NCBI GenBank assembly: GCA_021780535.1
Contig: JAJXYN010000012.1
Span: 5,688 to 69,687, forward strand
Length of the DNA stretch: 64,000 nucleotides
From: a bacterium
GTDB taxonomy: Bacteria; Patescibacteriota; Patescibacteriia; JAGPKW01
Direction: 5' to 3'
A program made the translations under genes and the position numbers. Positions 8,618 through 18,041 of the stretch are shown one piece after another. The notes beneath the pieces were generated by a model, which did not search any database, was not told the origin of the DNA, and worked only from the letters and a program-made list of their open reading frames with translations. Position 1 is the first letter of the stretch. Each line of letters opens with the position of its first letter.

Positions 8618-10351
8618 TTAAAATATTTTTTTTGTTGTTTTTATATACCAATCTTGAATATTATTAAATCTTTCTGACGGTGTTGTTATTTCTTTGTCAT
8701 TTACTATGTGAGCATCTTTTGTTGTTATATAATTATAATTTGGATTGAAAAGAAATATCGCAGGCATGTCATCTTTTATTTTTTGTTGAACAAATTTGTA
8801 TAAATCTTGTATATCATCTTTATTTGTTGTTTTTCTAGCTTTTTCTATTGCTTGATCAACTTCTTTATTATTATATAATGATAAATTTAAACCAGGATTT
8901 TCTATTTGAGATGAGTGCCAGAAAGGGAATGGATCAGAAGATCCTCCAAGTATTTCTCCATAAAGTAATATTTCATAATTTCTAGGCTTTAAAACATCTT
9001 CTTTCACAGAGTCTTGATCTGTATATTGAATGTTTAATTTAATTCCTAATTTTTCCCACTGTTTTTTTATTTCTTCAGCAACTAATTGACTATCGGTATT
9101 TGATACTGCTGTCAATGTGAATTCTAATTTTTTATCTCCATTTGCCATTATCCCTGTTATTGGATCTCTTTTCCAGCCATTACTTTCTAATAAATCTACT
9201 GCACTTGAAGGATTGAAATCATAATCTTTAAAACTTGGATCATATCCTATCATGTTTTTGAAGAATATCGTTTCTACCTTTTCTGCATTACCACCAAAAA
9301 CATTATTTATTATTGCATCTTTATCTGTTCCTATTGTTAATGCTTTTCTTATATAAGTATCCTTTAATAAAGAATTTAATGATGAGTTAAAAAATAATGC
9401 TGTGTATTGTGGAAGATTAAAATTATTTATATTAATATTTTTTGTATTAAGAGATTTTATTTCATTTTGATTTAAAAAATTAATACCATTTACTTTTTTG
9501 TCTTTTATAGCATCTATCGCTTCTTGTGTATCCGCTAAAAATTTAAAAGTTACTTCACTTATATAAGGTTTCTTTTTGAAATAACCATTGTTACTTTCAA
9601 CTGTATATGATTGTATGAAACCTTCTTTACTTTTAGATAATGTTTTGAATTTGTATGGGCCAGTCCCTATTGGCTTTAAATTGTATTCACTAAGAGGGAA
9701 TTGAGTATAACTAATATCTTGCCATATATGTTTTGGTAATATTCCAAAAGTTAATGAATTTAAGAATGGTGAATATACATCTGCCAATGTAAATGAAAAA
9801 TCTAAATCATCTATTTTGGTTGCTTTTACATCTTTGAATGTTACAAATAATGGACTTTTATAATTTGGATCTTGTGCGGTTTTCATTGTAAAAATCACAT
9901 CATCTGATGTTAATTTCGTACCATCATGCCAATATATATTGTCTTTTAATTTGAAAGTGTATGTTTTTTGATCGTCTGATATTGTATATGAACTTACAAG
10001 TGATGGGGTTAATACTCTTTTATCATATTCAAATAATGAATTATATATCAATGTATTTATATCGGTATCTACGCTATTAGATAAAGACAATAAAGGGTTT
10101 AAATATTGTATTTGTCCTATTATCCCTTCTGTGTAACTTCCACCATATGCTGGGATAGAATCTATATGTTGATAACCTTTGATTAAAAAATAACCAGAAC
10201 ATATTATTATTAAAACTATGAAAATTCTTAAGAAAACTTTTTCTTTTAAATTTAAAAATAAGGATAAATATTTAAATTGTTTTAAACTTGGAATTTTATT
10301 TTTATTTTTTTGAGAAACTAGTTTGAGGTTAGTTTTATAGAATTTGTCCAT
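8618..10351 (-). CDS. ABC transporter substrate-binding protein, family 5 (OppA/DppA-like), membrane anchored
   Basis: N-terminal TM segment; YTFKLKDNIYWHDGTKLTSDDVIFT; PIGTGPYK. Confidence 0.9.
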   Translation of the reverse strand: MDKFYKTNLKLVSQKNKNKIPSLKQFKYLSLFLNLKEKVFLRIFIVLIIICSGYFLIKGYQHIDSIPAYGGSYTEGIIGQIQYLNPLLSLSNSVDTDINTLIYNSLFEYDKRVLTPSLVSSYTISDDQKTYTFKLKDNIYWHDGTKLTSDDVIFTMKTAQDPNYKSPLFVTFKDVKATKIDDLDFSFTLADVYSPFLNSLTFGILPKHIWQDISYTQFPLSEYNLKPIGTGPYKFKTLSKSKEGFIQSYTVESNNGYFKKKPYISEVTFKFLADTQEAIDAIKDKKVNGINFLNQNEIKSLNTKNININNFNLPQYTALFFNSSLNSLLKDTYIRKALTIGTDKDAIINNVFGGNAEKVETIFFKNMIGYDPSFKDYDFNPSSAVDLLESNGWKRDPITGIMANGDKKLEFTLTAVSNTDSQLVAEEIKKQWEKLGIKLNIQYTDQDSVKEDVLKPRNYEILLYGEILGGSSDPFPFWHSSQIENPGLNLSLYNNKEVDQAIEKARKTTNKDDIQDLYKFVQQKIKDDMPAIFLFNPNYNYITTKDAHIVNDKEITTPSERFNNIQDWYIKTTKKIF

Positions 10352-10429
10352 AGAGGATAGTTAAAATATCTAAATATAAAAATATTTAAAAGAAAAAACT
10401 TTTTGTATTTAGATATTTCTATATTTTAT

Positions 10430-10648
10430 TTATTTAACGAATATATTTGCAATTATAGAAAGAGAAAGTATTGTACCTAATACAATAGTAGTTATGTAAA
10501 GAACTTTTTCAGCTCCTCTTTTTGTGGTATAAAAATTGCTTGACCCACCAAAAAGATTAGAAAGGCTAGAATTTTTGCCTTGTAATAAAACAGAAACTAT
10601 TATTAATATTGAAGTAATGAATTGTACTATTCTAAGTATTTTTTCCAT
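10430..10648 (-). CDS. secG: preprotein translocase subunit SecG
   Basis: Two TM helices, VLLQGK..L..FGG, TKRGAEK. Confidence 0.9.
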   Translation of the reverse strand: MEKILRIVQFITSILIIVSVLLQGKNSSLSNLFGGSSNFYTTKRGAEKVLYITTIVLGTILSLSIIANIFVK

Positions 10649-10661
10649 ATTTTTATTAATT

Positions 10662-10737
10662 TGGTAGGCCCTGTGGGAATTGAACCCACGACCATCAGCT
10701 TAAAAGGCTGTTGCTCTACCAACTGAGCTAAGGACCT
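10662..10737 (-). tRNA. tRNA-Lys(TTT)
   Basis: Reverse complement AGGTCCTTAGCTCAGTTGGTAGAGC-A-ACAGC-CTTTTAA-GCTGA...GGGCCTACCA. Confidence 0.97.
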
Positions 10738-10949
10738 GTTACATCAAAGTATTAGATAGTATACAGTATTTTTTGGAAAAGGTCAATGTTGAAGGAATAT
10801 AAGAATATGAGAAAGTACAATTAGTCTTTATTAGAGCTTAAGCTGATCGGAATGAATAAAAATGGATTGTGGATAAAAATTATATATTTCTTGACTAAAA
10901 AGTGATATAATATTGTTATTATTAGTTGTTTATTAGTTAAATTAATATT

Positions 10950-11378
10950 ATGGACGGTAAGATTTATGATTTATTAAAGAAAATTGATGATATTAAAATA
11001 GCAAAATTTGGCTTATCTAAAGAAAATAGAATTTTTTTAAAGAAGTTACTTATAAATCAGTATTATTTGGATGATTTTATAAGATCTTATGGTATTGATG
11101 GAGCTGTTAGTTTTTTAAATGGTATTTTTGAAGATTTAACTACTATAAGCAATACAATTAATAATTTAAAACAAAAATCTTTGGCAGAAAACGATGAAGA
11201 TATTAAGAAATCCATTGATGTTCTATTTAGTGACGAAACAAATGATTTAGAAAAAGAAAGAGAAGAAAAGATTGAATTGTTTTTAAAACAAGAGCTTGAG
11301 ATGCAAAAAACAAAAAAAGAACGAGAAGATGATATAAAAAAATATAATAATTTAACAAAAAAACTAAATAGTAATTAA
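10950..11378 (+). CDS. hypothetical protein (charged, coiled-coil-like)
   Basis: 142-aa ORF, TTGACT...TATAAT upstream, no SD. Confidence 0.7.
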   Translation: MDGKIYDLLKKIDDIKIAKFGLSKENRIFLKKLLINQYYLDDFIRSYGIDGAVSFLNGIFEDLTTISNTINNLKQKSLAENDEDIKKSIDVLFSDETNDLEKEREEKIELFLKQELEMQKTKKEREDDIKKYNNLTKKLNSN

Positions 11379-11384
11379 TATTTT

Positions 11385-12023
11385 ATGGCTAAATTTGAAG
11401 GCTTAGAAATTCTTTCTGGGGAAGATAGACTTAAAAATACTGCGGATGTTAAGGCACTAGAAGAAAGGGTAAATAATTTGGGCGAAATAACCTTAGATAA
11501 ATTAGCAAGAAACAAAACACTTGATGTTGTTGTTGATAATTTAAATAATGCAATGAAAGATGTGTTTGCAAATGCCCCAACTGTTTTAAAAATGATAGAA
11601 AACATAAAAACTACGATACAAGATGCTTTAAATAGAATGGGGGATGTAAGTGATTATGAAATTAACACATTATCAACAAATTCGCTAGAAACTCCTTCAT
11701 CTATTCCGTCAAGTTTCAAAAATGTTGTTGAAATACATGATGTTTACATTGCTGTAAGAGGATTAATAGATGACAAAATATTTCAAGCAATTGCAGGTAA
11801 TAGTAAAACAAGAGAGTGGGAGGCTCAACATTCTAAAGATGAAAACATTCTAAATGATAGAAGATATGTTGAACTTATGACTCAAAATCTTGATAATTTA
11901 GCTATGTTTTTAAAGAAAAAAGATAAAAATCCAAAAGAAGAAATACTTACAACAATTATTAAAAATTCTTTAGAAAAAGAAGAAAAAACAAACGAATGGT
12001 ATGATAAGGTTGTTGGCATTTAA
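11385..12023 (+). CDS. hypothetical protein
   Basis: 212-aa ORF 6 nt after the previous one; bidirectional terminator at 12036-12063. Confidence 0.75.
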   Translation: MAKFEGLEILSGEDRLKNTADVKALEERVNNLGEITLDKLARNKTLDVVVDNLNNAMKDVFANAPTVLKMIENIKTTIQDALNRMGDVSDYEINTLSTNSLETPSSIPSSFKNVVEIHDVYIAVRGLIDDKIFQAIAGNSKTREWEAQHSKDENILNDRRYVELMTQNLDNLAMFLKKKDKNPKEEILTTIIKNSLEKEEKTNEWYDKVVGI

Positions 12024-12064
12024 TGATAAAAAATAAAAACCACCTCTTGGAATAGGTGGTTTTG

Positions 12065-12568
12065 TTATTCTGAGGCATATATTATATTTGCCTCCATAAT
12101 TCTTTTTAGTTCCTTTTCATTAAAAAGTTTCATTTCGTAATAACATTCAAGAATTCTTAGCTTCGCAAGTTTTATTTCAGGATCGTTTTCTTTATCTATT
12201 TTGAAAACTTTAACTTGTTTTTTGTATTTTTTTTGATAATAAGAAATAAGCTCATCGGTTTTTTTTATCATTTCTTCGCTACCCGCACGATATAGGGTAA
12301 AGCGAAGAACAGCTTCATGGAGCCAGAATAAAAACAAAGTTTCTATTACTTGATTTATTGGGCTGTTGGCTAAAAATTTTTCAAAATCATCATTCCCAGT
12401 TTTTTTGAAAAATTCAACGGTTAGTCCATCTTCTTCTAGTATCCATGATAGAGTATTTGTGCTGGTGTAAACTGATCTTATATTTGTTGAAACTCTTATA
12501 TTTAGGCCGTTCTGACGTATTTTCAAAAAATTTCTTTTTTGAAAATCAAACTTGATTATATTTCTCAT
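12065..12568 (-). CDS. hypothetical protein (SD-led islet gene)
   Basis: AAAGGAG 8 nt before ATG; shares the terminator AAAACCACCT...AGGTGGTTTT. Confidence 0.7.
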   Translation of the reverse strand: MRNIIKFDFQKRNFLKIRQNGLNIRVSTNIRSVYTSTNTLSWILEEDGLTVEFFKKTGNDDFEKFLANSPINQVIETLFLFWLHEAVLRFTLYRAGSEEMIKKTDELISYYQKKYKKQVKVFKIDKENDPEIKLAKLRILECYYEMKLFNEKELKRIMEANIIYASE

Positions 12569-12707
12569 TTATTTATCTCCTTTATTTTCTGTGTTGTTGT
12601 TCTTGTGTTATACCATAAAATATTATAAAAAGCAATATTATTTAGGGTTTTAAATATTATAATATATATGTTATAATTATTTCGTATTAAAAAGGTAAAT
12701 AAAAAAG

Positions 12708-13181
12708 GTGAACAAAATATTATTTTCCGTATTAACCATTTTTAGTTTGTTTTTTTATAGTCAAGCGTTTGCTTTAGAAGAAATATCTTTTCCTGATGCT
12801 ATTTATGTTTTTGTTGATGGCACATATATAAAAAAAGATATTTATGAGGCTAGTTTAAAAACTAAAACATTATTAGAAAATAAAAATAAAACAATAAATG
12901 GATATGCTACTTACTATGGTACTACTAGAAAATTCCAGGGTAAGAAAACTGCATCCGGAGAAAGATTTAATAGAAATCTTATGACTGCCGCTATGAACGG
13001 AATAAAGTTTGGTACTAAAGTAAAAGTTACAAATCTAACTAATAATAAATATATTATTGTTAAGATAAACGATAGAATGGGTAGTGTAAAAAATAAGATT
13101 GATTTATCTTCCGGTGCTTTTAAAAAAATTGCTAATTTGAGTACTGGCAGAATAAAAGTGAAAATAGAAATTTTAAAATGA
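12708..13181 (+). CDS. rlpA: RlpA-like septal lytic transglycosylase (DPBB domain)
   Basis: Signal peptide; GYATYYG...KTASGERFN..MTAA...VKINDR..IDLS. Confidence 0.88.
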   Translation: MNKILFSVLTIFSLFFYSQAFALEEISFPDAIYVFVDGTYIKKDIYEASLKTKTLLENKNKTINGYATYYGTTRKFQGKKTASGERFNRNLMTAAMNGIKFGTKVKVTNLTNNKYIIVKINDRMGSVKNKIDLSSGAFKKIANLSTGRIKVKIEILK

Positions 13182-13249
13182 TTATATTTATTGATGAATA
13201 TGTTGAATTAAAAATTCTAAATTAATTTCTTAATTTATTAAATTATTTT

Positions 13250-13930
13250 ATGATTGAATTTAAAAATATTGGTAAAATTTATAATAACTCAGTTAATGTT
13301 TTAAAAGATATTAATTTGTCTATAGATAATGGTGAATATGTTTGTATCATTGGCAGAAGTGGTTCTGGAAAAACAACATTAGCTAAACTTATGACCGCCG
13401 AAGAAAAACCAACTTCTGGTGTTATTACTATTGATGATTGGGATATTACAAAAATAAAGAAAAAAGATATTCCGTCTTTGCGAAGACAGATTGCTGTTAT
13501 ATTCCAAGATTTTCGTCTTTTGCCAAAAAAAACAGCAAAAGAAAACATCTCTTTTGCATGTGAGATATCTGGAGATTTTGGTTCTAAAATGAATTCAAAA
13601 ATAGATCAATTATTACAAGTTGTTGGATTGGGTGATAAATCTAAAAATTATCCTTTTGAATTATCTGGTGGAGAACAACAAAGAGTTGCTATTGCTCGTG
13701 CGCTTGCTTTTAACCCAAGTATTTTAATAGCTGATGAACCCACTGGAAATCTTGATTCTATAAATACAGAAGGTATTTTAACACTTCTTCAAGATATAAA
13801 TAACATGGGAACTACAGTTATTTTAATTACGCATGATAAAGAAATTGTTAATTCTTTGAATAAGAGAATTATTACTATTGAAGATGGAAGGATAGCTAGT
13901 GATAGAGTTAATGGTAAATATTTAATTTAA
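13250..13930 (+). CDS. ftsE: cell division ATP-binding protein FtsE
   Basis: GRSGSGKTT, IFQDFRLL, LSGGEQQRVAIARA, DEPTGNLD; adjacent to ftsX. Confidence 0.93.
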   Translation: MIEFKNIGKIYNNSVNVLKDINLSIDNGEYVCIIGRSGSGKTTLAKLMTAEEKPTSGVITIDDWDITKIKKKDIPSLRRQIAVIFQDFRLLPKKTAKENISFACEISGDFGSKMNSKIDQLLQVVGLGDKSKNYPFELSGGEQQRVAIARALAFNPSILIADEPTGNLDSINTEGILTLLQDINNMGTTVILITHDKEIVNSLNKRIITIEDGRIASDRVNGKYLI

Positions 13931-13946
13931 GTTTGATTTTAAAATT

Positions 13947-14864
13947 ATGTTTTTTATTACTTTTGCTAGATTATTAAAATATTCAACACAAGGATTTTTT
14001 AGAAATTTTTGGTTATCTTTTGTGTGTATTACAACTATGGTTTTAGCTTTTGTTTTGATAGATGTTTTAGGTGGTATTGGTATAGCTTCTAATGATATTG
14101 TTAATTCTGTAAAAAATAAAATAGATGTTAGTATCTATATAAAAAATACTGCTACAGATGATCAGATTTTTGCTATTAAGACTGAAATAGCTGGACTTAG
14201 GGGAGTTAAGAGTGTTGTTTATACTTCAAAACAACAAGCTTTAGATGATTTTAAAAAAAGACATAACGATAATTCTTTGCTTATAAATTCCTTGAATGAA
14301 TTGGACACGAATCCTATTGGTGCAACTTTAATTGTTAAGGCTGATTCTACAAACGATTATTCATATATATTGGAATATGTTAGTCAGTTTCAATATAAAG
14401 ATTTAATAGAAGATACTAACTATACTGACAATAAGCTTATTATCAGTAAAATAAATACATTTAATGTTACTATTTCTAAAGGAATATTATTTGTCGGTTT
14501 ATTTTTTGGTTTTATATCCGCTATAACGGTTTTAAATACACTTAGAATTACTATTTATTCTAGAAGGAGAGAAATAGAAATAATGAGATTTTTGGGTGCT
14601 AGTTGGTCATTTATTAAGGTGCCATTTATTTTGGAAGCTATATTTTATTTAATAGCTGGCTGGATTTTATCAATAGGTTTGTATTATTCTATGTTGATAT
14701 TTCTTGCTCCATATTCTAATGTTTTCTTTTCTTTCTATCAAACAGATATAGTTAAATTAATAATGCCTAATTCTATAAATACTATAATAGTTGAATTAGT
14801 TATAGGACTTGCGATTACTGTTTTTTCAAGTATATTGAGTATTCGTAAATATGCAAAGGTTTAA
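13947..14864 (+). CDS. ftsX: cell division permease FtsX
   Basis: NTLRITIYSRRREIEIMRFLGASWSFIKVPFILE. Confidence 0.93.
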   Translation: MFFITFARLLKYSTQGFFRNFWLSFVCITTMVLAFVLIDVLGGIGIASNDIVNSVKNKIDVSIYIKNTATDDQIFAIKTEIAGLRGVKSVVYTSKQQALDDFKKRHNDNSLLINSLNELDTNPIGATLIVKADSTNDYSYILEYVSQFQYKDLIEDTNYTDNKLIISKINTFNVTISKGILFVGLFFGFISAITVLNTLRITIYSRRREIEIMRFLGASWSFIKVPFILEAIFYLIAGWILSIGLYYSMLIFLAPYSNVFFSFYQTDIVKLIMPNSINTIIVELVIGLAITVFSSILSIRKYAKV

Positions 14865-14873
14865 ACATAAAAA

Positions 14874-15272
14874 ATGAAAAAAAGAACTTTTTATATTTTA
14901 ATGTTTATTTTTTGGCTAGGTGCTATATTTTTCTTTTCTTCTATCCCTGATTTGAAATCTAGTCTTCCTTCTATTTATGATTTTATATTTAGAAAAATTG
15001 CTCATTTTACAGAATATTTTGTTTTAGCATTCTTTGCTTTGAAAATTTTTACTTATGAAGAACTTAAAAATAAAAAATTTGATCATAATGTTTTATTTGT
15101 TTTCTTAATAATTTTTTTATATGCATCAAGCGATGAGTTTCATCAATTATTTGTTTCTGGAAGACATTTTGCTATTAGAGATATATTGATAGATTTTTCC
15201 GGAGCTGTTGGTTGCTATTTGTCTTTAAGATTTTTAGATAAAAATATTTTATGGTTTAAAAAGAATGGATAG
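14874..15272 (+). CDS. vanZ: VanZ family membrane protein
   Basis: RKIAHFTEY, YASSDEFHQLFVSGR...DILID. Confidence 0.88.
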   Translation: MKKRTFYILMFIFWLGAIFFFSSIPDLKSSLPSIYDFIFRKIAHFTEYFVLAFFALKIFTYEELKNKKFDHNVLFVFLIIFLYASSDEFHQLFVSGRHFAIRDILIDFSGAVGCYLSLRFLDKNILWFKKNG

Positions 15273-15492
15273 TGCCATTCTTTTTGATTTATTGTATTTT
15301 TTTATTTCTTTATGATAATATTTCATTGTTTTTATAATTAAAAATAAAAATATGATAGGTTGAGTATAAATAATAAATAACAAATTTTAATTTTATCATT
15401 TAATTGTTTAAACACTGTACATAGACTGTCAAATCTTGGTAAAATAAATTAACAAAAATATAATTAAATTATAAATATTATTAATTAATTGT

Positions 15493-16578
15493 ATGGAAAA
15501 TAAAAAAGATAAAATTTTCTTTTCTGGAGGAGGAACCCTTGGTTCGGTTGTGCCATTATTAGGTTTGTATGAAGATTTAAATAATAAGTATGATAATTAT
15601 GAGTATTGTTGGGTTGGTACAAAAAATGGTCCAGAAAAAGATGTTGTTGTTAAATATAATAATATAAGATATTTTGGTATTAATTCAGGCAAATTTAGAA
15701 GATATTTTGACGTTAGGAATTTTTTTGATTTTTTCAATGTTTTTGTTGCATTTTTTCAATGTATTAGTTTAATTAAAAATCACAAACCTAAAATTATATT
15801 AACTGCTGGTGGTTTTGTTTGTGTGCCTCTTTGTCTTGCCGCAAGGATTTTAAAAGTTCCATTTTTCGTTCATCAACAGGATTATGAGATTGGTCTTGCT
15901 AACAAAATAATGGCAAGGTTTGCAAATGTTGTAACCGTTGTTTTAGATAAATCATTAAAAGATTATTCTTCTATTGTTGGAGTTAATAAAGTTATTAAAA
16001 CTGGTAATTTAGTAAAAAAATCTATTTTTGATTTTGATTATTCTTCTGCAAAAAATTTTTTTAATATTCATTCTGAAAAAAAAATTCTTTTAGTTACTGG
16101 TGGTGGTACTGGGGCCGAATTTATTAATAATTTAATATTAAATAATTTAGAAGTAATTCTTAAAAATTATGAAGTTATTCATCTAGTTGGGAAAGGGAAG
16201 GGACTTGATATTAAAGCTAAAGGTGAAATTGTTGGATATCATGTTTATGAATTTCTAACAACAGAAATGAAAATGGCATTAAATATTGCTGATGTGATAA
16301 TTTCTCGTGCTGGTTTTTCTATTCTTACAGAAATATGTGCATTAAAAAAACCATTAATATTAATACCATTGCCAGGACATCAAGATTTGAACGCGAAATT
16401 ATTTGAAAATAAAGCATTTGTATATTATCAAGAAAATTTTGATAATAATAAATTTTTGGAAGATTTGGAAAAATTATTTAGCAGTGATGAATTAAGAAAA
16501 ATTGTTGGAGATGAAGTTGGAACTGTAATTGAAATAGGAAATGATATATATATGAAATTAGTAGAAGAATATCTTTAG
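15493..16578 (+). CDS. murG: UDP-GlcNAc:lipid I N-acetylglucosaminyltransferase
   Basis: SGGGTLGSV, GGFVCVP, GLANK, TGGGTGA, ISRAG. Confidence 0.92.
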   Translation: MENKKDKIFFSGGGTLGSVVPLLGLYEDLNNKYDNYEYCWVGTKNGPEKDVVVKYNNIRYFGINSGKFRRYFDVRNFFDFFNVFVAFFQCISLIKNHKPKIILTAGGFVCVPLCLAARILKVPFFVHQQDYEIGLANKIMARFANVVTVVLDKSLKDYSSIVGVNKVIKTGNLVKKSIFDFDYSSAKNFFNIHSEKKILLVTGGGTGAEFINNLILNNLEVILKNYEVIHLVGKGKGLDIKAKGEIVGYHVYEFLTTEMKMALNIADVIISRAGFSILTEICALKKPLILIPLPGHQDLNAKLFENKAFVYYQENFDNNKFLEDLEKLFSSDELRKIVGDEVGTVIEIGNDIYMKLVEEYL

Positions 16579-16689
16579 AATAAATGAGAAGGGATGAGAA
16601 TTAATGATGAAACTTTATTTCATTCCTTCTCATGCGTTGAAGGCGGTTCTTTTATACTTTTTAGGGTACAATTTCTTAACATTTTTTTT

Positions 16690-16762
16690 GCCGTCGTAGC
16701 TCAGTTGGTAGAGCGTCACATTGGTAATGTGGAGGTCGCAAGTTCAATCCTTGTCGTCGGCT
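16690..16762 (+). tRNA. tRNA-Thr(GGT)
   Basis: GCCGTCGTAGCTCAGTTGGTAGAGC-G-TCACA-TTGGTAA-TGTGG-AGGTC-GCAAGTTCAATCCTTGT-CGTCGGC-T; CCA not encoded. Confidence 0.95.
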
Positions 16763-16878
16763 CCGAACTTGAACAAATTTTTTGAACTATTTTTTTATTG
16801 TAGTTATCAACACTTTTGATAAATAGAAAATTATGATAAAATATTTGTAATTAATAAAAAAGGTTAACAATTTAATAT

Positions 16879-17679
16879 ATGTATAATAGAAACGAAGAAA
16901 AACAATCTTCTGCTGTTTTTTCGCCAGTAGATAAGGTTGTTGGTGTTCTTGTTTTGTCTGATGTTTTAATAACGGGTAGCTTTGGTCTTATAGCTCCGTT
17001 GTTTGCTATATTTATCAGTCAAGATATAGTAGGTGCTAGTTTAGAAGTTATAGCAATATTTACTGCTATTTATCTTTTAACAAAATCGTTATTTCAATTA
17101 GTTACTACCGAATTAATACAAAAAATAAAAGGTGAGAAAGATGAGTTTTATTTTGACTTTATTGGTGCTTTTGCTGCCTCAATGGTTTATCTAGTTTTCC
17201 CTTTGATTAATGCTGTGCCTGAGCTTTATGTTGCTGCTTTTATACTTGGTATATCCGCCGCTCTTACATATCCTTCTTGGTCAGCTTTATTCAATCACCA
17301 TATAAAAGATACAAAAGTTTGGGGTATGTATTATACAGTTTTAGATTGTGTTCTTGCTCTTACTGCTATAATTGGTGCGATGATTGCTACTGCATTAGGA
17401 TTTGACTATCTTTTCTTGATTATTGGTTCTTTGGGGGTTGTTGGTTCATTTATTCTTCTTATTATCAAAAAAGATGTATTTGGAACTGCAACAAAAAATA
17501 CTACAAAACGTCTTTCTAAAACTCTAAAAGGAGATATGATAGAAGAAAGAATATTATCTGTTGCAAGTAAAAAACCTATAAAGAAAACTACTAAAACTTC
17601 TTCTAGAGCTACAAGTAAAAAATCTACCAAAAAAATTCTTGTTAAAAAGGCAAAATCTACAAGACAAGCTAACGGTTAA
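16879..17679 (+). CDS. half-size MFS-type transporter with Lys-rich C-terminal tail
   Basis: About 6 hydrophobic segments with MFS-like GLIAPLFAIF and PSWSALF..H..WG motifs. Confidence 0.75.
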   Translation: MYNRNEEKQSSAVFSPVDKVVGVLVLSDVLITGSFGLIAPLFAIFISQDIVGASLEVIAIFTAIYLLTKSLFQLVTTELIQKIKGEKDEFYFDFIGAFAASMVYLVFPLINAVPELYVAAFILGISAALTYPSWSALFNHHIKDTKVWGMYYTVLDCVLALTAIIGAMIATALGFDYLFLIIGSLGVVGSFILLIIKKDVFGTATKNTTKRLSKTLKGDMIEERILSVASKKPIKKTTKTSSRATSKKSTKKILVKKAKSTRQANG

Positions 17680-17743
17680 TAATTAAAAGAAAGACTAAAC
17701 ATCTTTCTTTTTTTGTTTTATTTTGTTATTATTTATATGTTAT

Positions 17744-17818
17744 GCACTCATAGTTCAACGGATAGAACGCGAGATTGCGGATCTTGCGATAGAGGTTCGA
17801 TTCCTCTTGGGTGCACCA
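17744..17818 (+). tRNA. tRNA-Arg(GCG)
   Basis: GCACTCATAGTTCAACGGATAGAAC-G-CGAGA-TTGCGGA-TCTTG...GGGTGCACCA; A20 present. Confidence 0.95.
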
Positions 17819-18041
17819 ATTTTAATCTTTAATTTTAGATACCATGGATGATGATATGATGTATAAAATATATATGTTTCTAATTATATTTTTATATACC
17901 TTAGTTATAGTTAGCATAACGTTTTTACTGACTAAATATATCTTTTTGAAAGCTGTTTGTGCTGCTTAGTTTATAATTGCTATTTTCTATGTAAATTGAT
18001 AATATAATCTCTATTAATTTAAAATTGTAAAAAGTATTATT

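Noticed and set aside
10868-10876. Perfect DnaA box (TGTGGATAA)
   Set aside because: Single isolated box with no cluster and no dnaA/dnaN nearby, so not called as oriC.
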